From positions 50,798 through 114,797 of the forward strand of contig NZ_JADPVI010000002.1 in NCBI RefSeq assembly GCF_015679325.1: DNA of 64,000 bases. Reading direction: 5' to 3'. Origin of the DNA: Kaistella gelatinilytica (lineage in GTDB: Bacteria > Bacteroidota > Bacteroidia > Flavobacteriales > Weeksellaceae). The notes beneath the pieces are model-generated. The model made no database searches, was not told the origin of the DNA, and worked only from the letters and a program-made list of their open reading frames with translations. A program made the translations under genes and the position numbers. This document shows positions 1-8,660 of this stretch, one piece after another (the stretch's first letter is position 1; every line of letters starts with the position of its first letter).

Positions 1-146
1 GAGAAAAAAGTAGTTATTAACCTTGTCAAGGTTTTCTCATATCTTTTGCAGCCCGACTTTAACGGAGCTCTTTTTGTGGAACGAAGAGAAACAAAAAAGC
101 GAGAGTGGAAGGTCTCGTCATTTAAGACGAGATTGCCCAAATAAAT
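1..146. repeat. intergenic repeat block sharing modules with 55100..55420
   Basis: 'ccttgtcaaggtt' palindrome at 21..33. 'gagagtggaaggtctcgtcatttaagacgagattgcccaaataaa' at 101..146, with a 7-bp stem hairpin 'tctcgtc/gacgaga'. Confidence 0.55.
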
Positions 147-222
147 TTTATTATTAAGAACATTACACGAATACGCTTTGGCAAAATTATTGCAAATAAA
201 TCTTCAAATAAAAATAAACAAT

Positions 223-339
223 ATGAGATCTTCCCTATTTAAAAAAGTCCTGATCTGGGTTGCGCCACTTGCAATCGGTTATGTAATGAAAAAATTACAA
301 AGTAAAAAACAGGCTACTCTTCCCACTAGAAAAGCTTAA
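223..339 (+). CDS. small hypothetical membrane peptide (38 aa, MRSSLFKKVLIWVAPLAIGYVMKKLQSKKQATLPTRKA)
   Basis: ATG-to-TAA ORF below the track cutoff. It has a hydrophobic core and is followed directly by a strong hairpin plus T-run at 346..378. No family recognised. Confidence 0.2.
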   Translation: MRSSLFKKVLIWVAPLAIGYVMKKLQSKKQATLPTRKA

Positions 340-345
340 AACACA

Positions 346-378
346 AAACCTCATCTTAAAATGAGGTTTTTTTTATTT
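346..378. terminator. bidirectional rho-independent terminator
   Basis: Stem 'aacctcat'/'atgaggtt' with an A-run upstream and a T-run downstream. It lies between the small + ORF and the stop of the DUF1501 gene (- strand). Confidence 0.6.
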
Positions 379-1565
379 TAAACAAAATCATAAATTCCGT
401 TTTTCCAGCCGAGGATTTTTGAGGAGTCTGCATTAAGCCAGTTTTTCAAAACAGTTGCATAGACTTTCCGGAAATCTTCGGTGTAAATTAAATCGCCATC
501 GTTGAGTTTTTCCAGATCAGGCAATTGATTAAGAATTCCTTTCTTTTTTAAGCCGCCGGAAACAAAAAACATTTGATTCGCCGTTCCGTGATCCGTTCCT
601 TTGCTCGCATTTTGAGAAACCCGTCTTCCAAATTCGGAAAAAGTCATGAGCAAAGTATCCTTGTATCTTCCGGAGGATTTCAAATCTTCCACAAAAGCTT
701 TCACGGCATCATTAATTTCGGTAAAAAGTTGCGCCTGTCTCTGATTCTGATTCACGTGCGTATCAAAACTTCCCACAGAAAGATAATAAACTTTCGTATT
801 AATATCAGAATTAATGAGCGAGGCAATATTTTTAAAATCCTTTCCCAGCGCAGTATTTGGATAAACTGCAGTGCTCGCTTTTGCTTTGCTTTTCTCGAAA
901 ATATAACCCGCATTATTGATCGTCGAACCCATGGTTTGGTACAAATATTCTACGGTTTCATCTTCGTGATGATGGTTTTCATAGAGCGATTTAAAATATT
1001 TTTCCTGCGAAGTCTGATTCAGTCTTTTCGGATCTTTGAAGGCAAAAGCTTTTTTCTCTTTCCCCTTTAAAGCCAAACTCAACATGTCATCAATTTCCAG
1101 CGCTTGAGTTGGATGATCGCAGTTGTAGCAGGCTTCATCTAAATATCTTCCGACCCAACCTGTGTTTAAAAACTCATCGCTTTTGCTCGCAGATTGCCAA
1201 ATATCCATGCTTCTGAAATGCGATTTGTCAGGATTTGGATATCCTACATTATTTAAAACTGCCAGTTCTCCATTATCAAAAAGTTCTTTAAAATAACTCA
1301 AACTCGGATTAATTCCTGCTTCATCGGTTAATTTTAAAGCATCTTTGATGGAGATCATTTCTCTCTCCCGAAAGTAAATATCATTTCGCGTCGGTATAAT
1401 CGTATTGAGTCCGTCGTTTCCACCGCTTAATTGCAGCACGACCAAAATTCTGTTTTCTTTATCTAATGCTTCCGGAAAAGTCATTGATTTAAGGAAATTT
1501 GGCACCATCAACGAAGCAGTTGCCAAAGAAGATATCGTTAGAAATTCACGTCTTTTGATTAACAT
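378..1565 (-). CDS. DUF1501 domain protein (sulfatase-like fold) with twin-arginine signal (RREFL)
   Basis: 395 aa. The N-terminal 'KRREFLTISSLATASLMVP' is a TAT-type signal. The overall sequence is typical of the DUF1501 family, which is found paired with DUF1800. Confidence 0.8.
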   Translation of the reverse strand: MLIKRREFLTISSLATASLMVPNFLKSMTFPEALDKENRILVVLQLSGGNDGLNTIIPTRNDIYFREREMISIKDALKLTDEAGINPSLSYFKELFDNGELAVLNNVGYPNPDKSHFRSMDIWQSASKSDEFLNTGWVGRYLDEACYNCDHPTQALEIDDMLSLALKGKEKKAFAFKDPKRLNQTSQEKYFKSLYENHHHEDETVEYLYQTMGSTINNAGYIFEKSKAKASTAVYPNTALGKDFKNIASLINSDINTKVYYLSVGSFDTHVNQNQRQAQLFTEINDAVKAFVEDLKSSGRYKDTLLMTFSEFGRRVSQNASKGTDHGTANQMFFVSGGLKKKGILNQLPDLEKLNDGDLIYTEDFRKVYATVLKNWLNADSSKILGWKNGIYDFV

Positions 1566-1603
1566 ATTTTTAAAATTAGCAGTGAGTAATTAGTGAAGAG
1601 CAA

Positions 1604-2980
1604 TTAACAAAGTTGAAATTCAGGAGTTGACATCGTGTTGATGATTCTTTGTTTGACCGACGATTCTGAGAATTGCTGTACCGTTTTTTCATCGAGCGAC
1701 GATTTATTTTGAAGCAGATAATCACTTATGTTTTTATTTTTAAAAGCTTCTTCAACCAGATTCCAGTCGATCGTAATCGTTGGATTTTTAAAACTGGCGT
1801 ACGTATTTTGAGCATTTTTCAAACCCATTTCAATGTCATCATCTGATTTTGGTTTGAATTCCAAAGGTCTCAAACCCGACCAGATCTGCGGAATTTGCAA
1901 ACGCAACATCAAAGTAGAACTGTCGATCCAGGAATTTCCTGAAGGCCAACCAGCGACATTTGGCGGATAAAGCAGCATTTGTCCCAATAATTTCTGATAA
2001 ACAATTAAGTTTTCAGGTTTCGCAATTTCCATGGGTAGAATACGCATTATTCCCGCCATGAGTTCAACGGGAGATTTTATTTTGGCTCCGATATTTTCTT
2101 CGCTATAGAACCATTTCGCAGTAAAAATCTCCGTCATTAATTTTTTAATATCATATTTGGAATCATAGAACTGATCGCTCAAATGCTCAATAATACTGGG
2201 ATTTGGTTTTTCATTCACAAAGAATCTGTAAATTTTTGTCACGATGAATTTTGAAGTTGCTTTCTGATCTAAAATTATATTTAGAATATCATTTCCATCA
2301 AAATTGCCTGTTTTTCCAAGGAAAGTTTTAGTACCAAAATCATGTTGTTTTGGTCTTTCAAAAAAACTTCCGTCGGCTTGAAAACTCCAGCCTGTAAAAG
2401 CTCGGGCGCCTTCTTTGATATCTTTTTCGGTGTAGTTTCCACGTCCCAAAGTAAAAAGTTCCATGACTTCCCGCGCAAAATTTTCGTTCGGATGGTCTTT
2501 TTTATTCTGTTGATTATTGAGGAACTGCAACATCGAAGGACTTTGCGAGACGGCCTTTAATAAATCTCCAAAATTACCCAGTGATTTTTCACGGATGGTA
2601 TTTAAAAGCTGCAGATTAAATTTAGAACTTACGACTCTGGTTGCGAAGTGACCATTCCAGAAAAAAGCCATCTTTTCGCGAAGCTGATCTTCAGACTGAA
2701 CCATGAAGTTTAAAAATTTGAGATTGATCTCAATATTTTCTCTGCGGTTTCTTTTCTGAATTTCTTTCTTTCCATCTGCATCTAATTTTGAAACTTTTTG
2801 ATAGTCCAGATTCTCCGGAACTTCTTTTAATGCAAGAGGTTGAAAAGTATAGGACGCCGATAATTTCTTCCAGATATCGGTGAGAGGAAGCTGTTCTAAA
2901 TCTTTGGTTTGAGATAGGTTAAAACCAAAACCTGCGCGTAAAAGCAGATGTTTATTTTTCTGAAGTTGGGAAACGCTCAT
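1604..2980 (-). CDS. DUF1800 domain protein
   Basis: 458 aa and directly upstream of, and co-oriented with, DUF1501. The DUF1800/DUF1501 pair is a conserved two-gene unit of unknown function in Bacteroidetes and Planctomycetes. Confidence 0.7.
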   Translation of the reverse strand: MSVSQLQKNKHLLLRAGFGFNLSQTKDLEQLPLTDIWKKLSASYTFQPLALKEVPENLDYQKVSKLDADGKKEIQKRNRRENIEINLKFLNFMVQSEDQLREKMAFFWNGHFATRVVSSKFNLQLLNTIREKSLGNFGDLLKAVSQSPSMLQFLNNQQNKKDHPNENFAREVMELFTLGRGNYTEKDIKEGARAFTGWSFQADGSFFERPKQHDFGTKTFLGKTGNFDGNDILNIILDQKATSKFIVTKIYRFFVNEKPNPSIIEHLSDQFYDSKYDIKKLMTEIFTAKWFYSEENIGAKIKSPVELMAGIMRILPMEIAKPENLIVYQKLLGQMLLYPPNVAGWPSGNSWIDSSTLMLRLQIPQIWSGLRPLEFKPKSDDDIEMGLKNAQNTYASFKNPTITIDWNLVEEAFKNKNISDYLLQNKSSLDEKTVQQFSESSVKQRIINTMSTPEFQLC

Positions 2981-3090
2981 GGAGATATTTGCACCTTTGA
3001 TGTAAAGATTTGCAAATGGTTAAAATGAGGAGGGAGTTTTGTTTGAGTTTATATTTCCCGAGATTACGCGGATTGCGCAGATTTTTTAGG

Positions 3091-3152
3091 TTTTGGCTAA
3101 AGCCAATGCGATTAACTTAATGAAAAAACGGGCTAAAGCCCGTTCCTATTGA
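3091..3152. repeat. 'ggctaaagcc...gggctaaagcccgttcctattgat' repeat module
   Basis: About 80% identical to 55211..55271. Confidence 0.55.
3122..3144 (-). terminator. rho-independent terminator for the NMO-family gene
   Basis: Hairpin 'aacgggct aa agcccgtt'. On the minus strand it is followed by a T-run. It sits inside a copy of the 'ggctaaagcc' repeat module. Confidence 0.5.
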
Positions 3153-3267
3153 TATTTCAATTCTTTTGGAAATTTAATTTTTATATTTTTAAAATATTAA
3201 TCTGGGGAATCTTTAGAGTTTGAGAAACACGTTTCTCTTTGTAGATTCTGAGGATGCTGATTATTCT

Positions 3268-4257
3268 TTATAATTCCATTACTGAAGCGTCCCGAAACTC
3301 TTTTAATAAATTTTCAAAGACTTTCTCTACTGGTAATATTTCGTGAATCAAAGCAGAAACCTGCCCGATCTCGAGTTCACCTTCTTCCAGATCGCCTTCG
3401 AACATTCCGCGTTTTGCTCTGGCTCTTCCGAGGGTTTCTTTTAAAACTTCGGCGTCTCTGCCTTGATCGTAGAGTTTTTCCAGATCGTGGAAGAATTTAT
3501 TTTTCACCATACGAACGGGTGCTAATTCTTTCAATGTTAAATGTGTGTCGCCTTCATTGAGACTAATGAGTTTATTTTTCCAGTTTTCGTGTGAACTTGC
3601 TTCAACCGTTGCGGCAAAGCGGGAACCGACCTGAACGCCATCTGCGCCGAGGATCATTGCTGCTTTCATTTGCGAACCTAAAGCAATTCCACCGGCGGCG
3701 ATCAAAGGTTTTGAAATATGTTGTTTTACGTTGGGAATTAAACAGAAAGTGGTTGTTTCATCACGTCCGTTATGACCGCCTGCTTCAAAACCTTCTGCAA
3801 CAATAGCGTCAACTCCCGCGTCTTCACATTTCATGGCAAATTTGGTGGAGGAAACGACGTGAGCGACTTTTATTCCTTCCTTTTGTAGAGTTTCGGTGTA
3901 GGCTTTCGGACTGCCTGCAGAAGTGAAAACAATTTTCACTTTTTCTTCGAGAATAATATTGATGATTTCTTCTAAGTTGGGATAAAGCAAAGCGATATTA
4001 ACGCCGAAAGGTTTGTCGGTTGCGGCTTTGCATTTCTGTATATTTTCGCGCAAAATATCGGGATACATACTTGCAGAACCGATCAAACCTAAACCACCGT
4101 TATTGGACACGGCAGAAGCTAAACGCCAACCGGAATGCCAAATCATTCCACCCTGAATGATGGGATATTTGACCTGAAATAATTGCGTGATCCTGTTTTG
4201 GTTCTCATTCATCTCCTTCAGTTTTTTCGCAGCGCCGAAATCTATAAAATTACTCAT
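3268..4257 (-). CDS. nitronate monooxygenase / 2-nitropropane dioxygenase family (FabK-like FMN oxidoreductase)
   Basis: 329 aa. Contains 'GGMIWHSGWRLASAVSNNGGLGLIGSASM' and a TIM-barrel NMO-type glycine-rich region. Confidence 0.8.
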   Translation of the reverse strand: MSNFIDFGAAKKLKEMNENQNRITQLFQVKYPIIQGGMIWHSGWRLASAVSNNGGLGLIGSASMYPDILRENIQKCKAATDKPFGVNIALLYPNLEEIINIILEEKVKIVFTSAGSPKAYTETLQKEGIKVAHVVSSTKFAMKCEDAGVDAIVAEGFEAGGHNGRDETTTFCLIPNVKQHISKPLIAAGGIALGSQMKAAMILGADGVQVGSRFAATVEASSHENWKNKLISLNEGDTHLTLKELAPVRMVKNKFFHDLEKLYDQGRDAEVLKETLGRARAKRGMFEGDLEEGELEIGQVSALIHEILPVEKVFENLLKEFRDASVMEL

Positions 4258-4371
4258 GGGGTAAATTTAATTATTTCGAGGACAAAGAAAAAATCTTCCG
4301 GTGAAATTTTAGAATTAAAGGTAGTTTGCAAGGAATATTTTGTGTTAAATCTTGTAGGTTACTAAGAAAAA

Positions 4372-4713
4372 TTATTCTTTAACAATTCTGTAATCACCGA
4401 ATTTGCCGTTCCAGTTTTCACCATAAGTTGTGAATTCCATGTATAGAATTTGACCGTCGGTAACATCAATTACGTAACCTAAACCTTCTTTTAAACCTTT
4501 AATCTTGATATTTTCGCCGCCGCTAAATAAGGCGTTGATATCTTCAAAATTAAGTTCTTCTTCCGTATTTGTATATTCAAAATTCACCGTCATTCCGACT
4601 TTAGTGATCTCTCTGTCTTTCACTTTCAAAAAGTTTAGATGAGATTTCAAAGAAGGATATTTTTGGATTAAACCGTTTAAAAGCGTTGTTTCAAGATCGT
4701 TTATTTGTTCCAT
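4372..4713 (-). CDS. hypothetical protein (113 aa)
   Basis: ORF lying 35 bp downstream of the ankyrin lipoprotein gene on the same strand. It has no signal peptide and no recognisable family. Confidence 0.45.
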   Translation of the reverse strand: MEQINDLETTLLNGLIQKYPSLKSHLNFLKVKDREITKVGMTVNFEYTNTEEELNFEDINALFSGGENIKIKGLKEGLGYVIDVTDGQILYMEFTTYGENWNGKFGDYRIVKE

Positions 4714-4748
4714 TTTTTGGATGTATTTTTACTTTTGCAGATGTTATT

Positions 4749-6134
4749 TTAATTTCGTAGCAAATTTAAAGCGCCCTTATCACCAGTTCTTTCAGCAGTT
4801 TCTTCGGCATAATTAAGGGCGGTTTTACCGAAAAAATCACGGCCTTCATTTTTAGCGCCTGAATCTAAAAGAAGCTTCACGATTTCGGGTAAATTATATT
4901 GAGCAGCTTTCATTAGAGGTGTGCCTTTATCATTATTTGCTTTGTTTACGTCTGCTCCATTTTTAATGAGCAGTTTAACAATATCATAACTTTTTTCAGA
5001 CAATACCGCTTTTAAAAGCACGGTATCGCCGGTCGAATCTGTAATTGAGACATCTGCGCCATTGTCGATCAGGAGCTGAATCATTTGCAAATTTACATCG
5101 AAAGCCGCGACACTGATCGGACTGACTCCGCCAAAACCTTCGCTTCTTCTGTTGATCAAAGCGCCATTTTTAAGGAGGAAATTTACTTTATTTAAGCTTT
5201 TGCTGCTTACTGCTTCTATCAATGCATTTCTGCCATAACCATTTTTTATATTTACTTTCGCACCTGCGTTAATTAGAAGTTTCAGGAGTTCGATATCGTC
5301 CGAATCATTTCCAGCAGCATAACATAAAGCGTTATTTCCATTTTCATCTTCCTGGTTGATGTTGACTTTTTTCGCAAGTATTTTTTTAACACTGATGAGA
5401 TCATTTCTCTGGGCGGCAAGCATCAAGGGTGAAGTTCTATATTTAGAATTCACGATGCTTACATCTGCGCCGGAATCGATGAGTAAATGAATTGTTTCCG
5501 GCTTAATGCTCTCTTCATCCATCGCCTCCAACAAAACGGTTGTTCCTGTTTCAGAAGAGCTTGTATTTAAATCGGCGCCCGAATGTATCATTTTCGCAGC
5601 TACCTCATTCCATCCATACGTTATGGCCCACTGTAATGCCGATGTTCCACTTTCATCGAGTCCTGTGTTTTTAACATCCGCATTATTTTGCAGTAAAAAT
5701 TTCGCCATCTCTTCACATCGGTTTGCACAGGCTATAAACAGGGCGGAATGTCCTGCAGCATTTATGGCATTGATATCTGCTTTTTTACTTAAAAGAAGCT
5801 TTACCATTTTTACATTATTTTGAAAAGCAGCATGCATCAGCAAAGTCCAGTCTTCGTTTGAAACGTCAGAAGCACTTTTTTGTCTACCACCTCGAAAATA
5901 TCCCGAAGTAATTCCATTTGCATCTTCGCCAGCTTCGAGCAATTTCCGAACAAGGTTTATTTGATCCTTTTTAACTGCTTCTACTATTTCTTTTGAGGCT
6001 GTTTTTTTTGGAGAAAATGTTTTGGTAATTTCTTTTGCAGGTGCGAGTTCAACGACTTCCTTTTTTTCGGAACAGGAAATAACGCTTAGAAGAGCGAGTC
6101 CAAAAATTAAAAATATTTTTACCGGATTTTTCAT
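4749..6134 (-). CDS. ankyrin-repeat lipoprotein (at least 12 ANK repeats, lipobox VISC)
   Basis: 461 aa. The N-terminal 'LLSVISCSEKK' is a lipoprotein signal. Repeated '..G.T.LH.A...G..E.VKLLL..GAD.N' ankyrin units run through the whole protein. Confidence 0.85.
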   Translation of the reverse strand: MKNPVKIFLIFGLALLSVISCSEKKEVVELAPAKEITKTFSPKKTASKEIVEAVKKDQINLVRKLLEAGEDANGITSGYFRGGRQKSASDVSNEDWTLLMHAAFQNNVKMVKLLLSKKADINAINAAGHSALFIACANRCEEMAKFLLQNNADVKNTGLDESGTSALQWAITYGWNEVAAKMIHSGADLNTSSSETGTTVLLEAMDEESIKPETIHLLIDSGADVSIVNSKYRTSPLMLAAQRNDLISVKKILAKKVNINQEDENGNNALCYAAGNDSDDIELLKLLINAGAKVNIKNGYGRNALIEAVSSKSLNKVNFLLKNGALINRRSEGFGGVSPISVAAFDVNLQMIQLLIDNGADVSITDSTGDTVLLKAVLSEKSYDIVKLLIKNGADVNKANNDKGTPLMKAAQYNLPEIVKLLLDSGAKNEGRDFFGKTALNYAEETAERTGDKGALNLLRN

Positions 6135-6214
6135 GATGACATTAATATAATGTTTGTCCTATTCTTTGATTTCGTAAAATAAGATCTAAAAAATTTAGTT
6201 TTTCCTTATCTTTT

Positions 6215-6928
6215 TTATTCAAAATTAACCAGTTGGTCATTTGGCAAATCATATTCGTATAATTTGTTTCCATTATCTTGGTCTAAATATAACCATCTCA
6301 AGGTATTTACGCGATGTTCAAAAACAATCGCGATCCCAATTACCGTATATTTTTTACCGTCTCTTGTTTGTTCTTCGATGGAATATTCTAATTGTTGTTT
6401 CTTTGAAACGGCATCTTTTATCATGACATTTTTGGTGTTTGCAATGTAATATTCCACGATCAAATACAGTTTATCTAAATAATCTTTACTGAAGCTTTCT
6501 TCAGCTGACCAGTAGTATTTGAGTTTCTTTCGATAATTTTTTCGGAAGAGAGAAACTTTACCGTCTTTCAGCTTTTTTACAGAAATGACCCACTCCGCAA
6601 GCTCAGGAGTTTCGCCATCACCGGAAATGTAAATGGTATCTTTTTTCCAGGTGATTTCTATGAGGTCACCTTTCAGTAAAGTTCGGTCCTCATTTTTATC
6701 ATTGATGAAAGAGAAGTCTGACTGATCTTTTTTAGCGTTCAACAACATGTAATCTCCATCATCATTGTAGTCAACAAAACTCAAAATATCCTTCTGTATG
6801 ATCAACGGCTCTTTTTTTTCGACAGCTACAACCGTTTTTGATTCTTTTTCCGAGGAAACTGGTATTTTTTCAGCCGGTTTTGCACAGGATAAAAAGATGG
6901 TAAGTAAAAAGAGTTGCAATATTCTCAA
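6215..6928 (-). CDS. hypothetical lipoprotein (237 aa)
   Basis: 'IFLSCAKPAEK' signal/lipobox. No recognised domain. Confidence 0.5.
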   Translation of the reverse strand: MRILQLFLLTIFLSCAKPAEKIPVSSEKESKTVVAVEKKEPLIIQKDILSFVDYNDDGDYMLLNAKKDQSDFSFINDKNEDRTLLKGDLIEITWKKDTIYISGDGETPELAEWVISVKKLKDGKVSLFRKNYRKKLKYYWSAEESFSKDYLDKLYLIVEYYIANTKNVMIKDAVSKKQQLEYSIEEQTRDGKKYTVIGIAIVFEHRVNTLRWLYLDQDNGNKLYEYDLPNDQLVNFE

Positions 6929-7032
6929 TATCGTGGTTTTTAATTTTGACGTGATCGTTAAAGGATAAATATATAAAAATTTTGTTGCTTCAAAACTTTA
7001 ATTTTTCCTTCTGGAAGAAACAATCTTTATAT

Positions 7033-7105
7033 TATAGCCCTGATTGAAGCGGCATCCTTTTTTGAGGAGGAACGACGAGAAAAAGATAGAGCGGAAAGCA
7101 GGTTA
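7033..7105. repeat. mosaic intergenic repeat (module 'atagccc(c)gattgaa(a)cggcatcctttttt ... aaaaagatagagcggaaagc')
   Basis: Matches the reverse complement of 54503..54536. It also shares 'tccttttttg...aaaaagata(t)agcggaaagc' with 35715..35770. Confidence 0.6.
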
Positions 7106-7191
7106 ATATTTTTGGAGAAGCGGAAATCTTGTTGCTCCTAAAAGAAAGTCTCTTTAATTTAAGGATCGCTTTTTATCTCGCGATGGAGGGC

Positions 7192-7222
7192 AAAAAAAAA
7201 TCTCTGCAAATTAGCAGAGATC
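7192..7222 (-). terminator. rho-independent terminator for PPIase gene 7228..8601
   Basis: Hairpin 'atctctgc aaatta gcagagat' preceded by A9 on the plus strand, which is a T-run after the hairpin on the minus strand. Confidence 0.6.
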
Positions 7223-7227
7223 TTCAT

Positions 7228-8601
7228 TTATTTCTTTTCAGTATTTTTTCGCCAGTCGGTTTTGAACGTACAGTCTTTGTAGCGGTCATTGATGGAGATA
7301 AATATATTGGGTAGTTTTTCTTTGACCCATTTTTCTACCATTTCATTTTTCTTTTTGGTCAATGCCATTTGCTTGATGCGGTCATAATCGGTCGCAATGT
7401 CTAATTTATGTGCTGCAATAACATCATTAATTTTGATGAACGTAACGATTTTGCGATCCTGTTGAACCTTATCCTGAAAAACTTCGGTCATGTCTCCTTT
7501 GTTTAAACCTGCAATTTGATAAGCAATTGTGGGAGAAAGATTGAGTTTTTCTAATTTGTCACTTCCATCTTCGGAAGTTAAAACGCCTGCATTGAATTTG
7601 CTTTTCTTATCGTCTGAAAATCTGAAAGCTGCGTCTTTAAAAGTCATCTTGCCATCGTGAATTAAAGTTCTGATGCTGTCGAGTTCTTTTTTTGCAGTTG
7701 CAATTTCAGCAGCGTTTGGTTCGGCTTTCAAAAGAATATGTCTTGCGTCATAGTTTTTACCGCTTTTTTTCACGAGTTGAATCAAGTGATAACCAAAGTC
7801 TGATTCTACAGGGTCTGACATTTCGCCTTCCTGCAAATTAAGAGCTGCAGCTTCGAAGGGTTTTACCATTTTTCCTTTAGAAATCGCTTTGTACAATCCA
7901 CCATTTGAAGCGGAACCTGGATCTTCGGAATAAATTCTTGCCTGACTTTCGAAAGTTTCGCCGCCAAGAATTGCCTGTTTTATTTTGTTGAGTCGGGCGA
8001 TAATTTCATCCTTGTGCGCATCTGTTAATTTCGGGAACATGGAGATCTGCGATAAGCTTACCTCATCTTTTACTTCCGGAAGTTGAAATTGGTATGTCGT
8101 GAAGAAATCGGTCACTTCATTTGGAGTTACATCGGCTTTATCGGTGATCCTGCCGTATTTCATCTGTCCGTAATAATTATCGGAGTCAATTTTTTCGATG
8201 GCATTTTTCATCTCAAACGAAGTACGGAATTTGTACGTTGTAAGCATTGTTTTCTCATCTGGAAACTGACCAAGAATCTGTGTATATTTTTGATTGGCGT
8301 TTTCTTTGAGCACCGCAGAACGGTTTTCAATCAGCGTATCTCTTTTTGCTTCGTAGATCAAAAGCTTGTTACTGATGATCCCTTCTACAAACTCGCATTT
8401 ATTGGCCACATTTGCACCTTGCTGTTTCGAATAATTCGCCTGATCCTCGATATCTGATTCCAGGATAATTTCGTTTCCTACTACAACTGCAATTCCATCG
8501 ATCAAATCTCCTGATTTCAGCTGTGCATTCATTTTAACTCCAAAAAAAGCTAAAAGAAAAGTAAAAACTAAGGCAAATTTTATATTCTTATTCATATTCA
8601 T
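7228..8601 (-). CDS. peptidylprolyl isomerase, SurA/parvulin family
   Basis: 457 aa with a signal peptide. Carries the parvulin PPIase motif '...FGYHLIQLV...' and a SurA-like N-terminal chaperone region. Confidence 0.8.
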   Translation of the reverse strand: MNMNKNIKFALVFTFLLAFFGVKMNAQLKSGDLIDGIAVVVGNEIILESDIEDQANYSKQQGANVANKCEFVEGIISNKLLIYEAKRDTLIENRSAVLKENANQKYTQILGQFPDEKTMLTTYKFRTSFEMKNAIEKIDSDNYYGQMKYGRITDKADVTPNEVTDFFTTYQFQLPEVKDEVSLSQISMFPKLTDAHKDEIIARLNKIKQAILGGETFESQARIYSEDPGSASNGGLYKAISKGKMVKPFEAAALNLQEGEMSDPVESDFGYHLIQLVKKSGKNYDARHILLKAEPNAAEIATAKKELDSIRTLIHDGKMTFKDAAFRFSDDKKSKFNAGVLTSEDGSDKLEKLNLSPTIAYQIAGLNKGDMTEVFQDKVQQDRKIVTFIKINDVIAAHKLDIATDYDRIKQMALTKKKNEMVEKWVKEKLPNIFISINDRYKDCTFKTDWRKNTEKK

Positions 8602-8660
8602 TTTTTAACGATTTGCAAAATTATCATTCTCAGTGATATAACATGCATTATTTATTATAA

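Noticed and set aside
573-1070. Antisense ORFs fully embedded in well-supported genes. This one is a 165-aa + ORF inside the DUF1501 gene. Others include 14635..15114 (-), 16621..16983 (-), 27186..27605 (-) and 59519..59887 (-).
   Set aside because: They have low-complexity, Phe/Ile/Lys-rich translations typical of the reverse frame of AT-rich coding DNA. They have no independent signals and overlap genes with clear family assignments.
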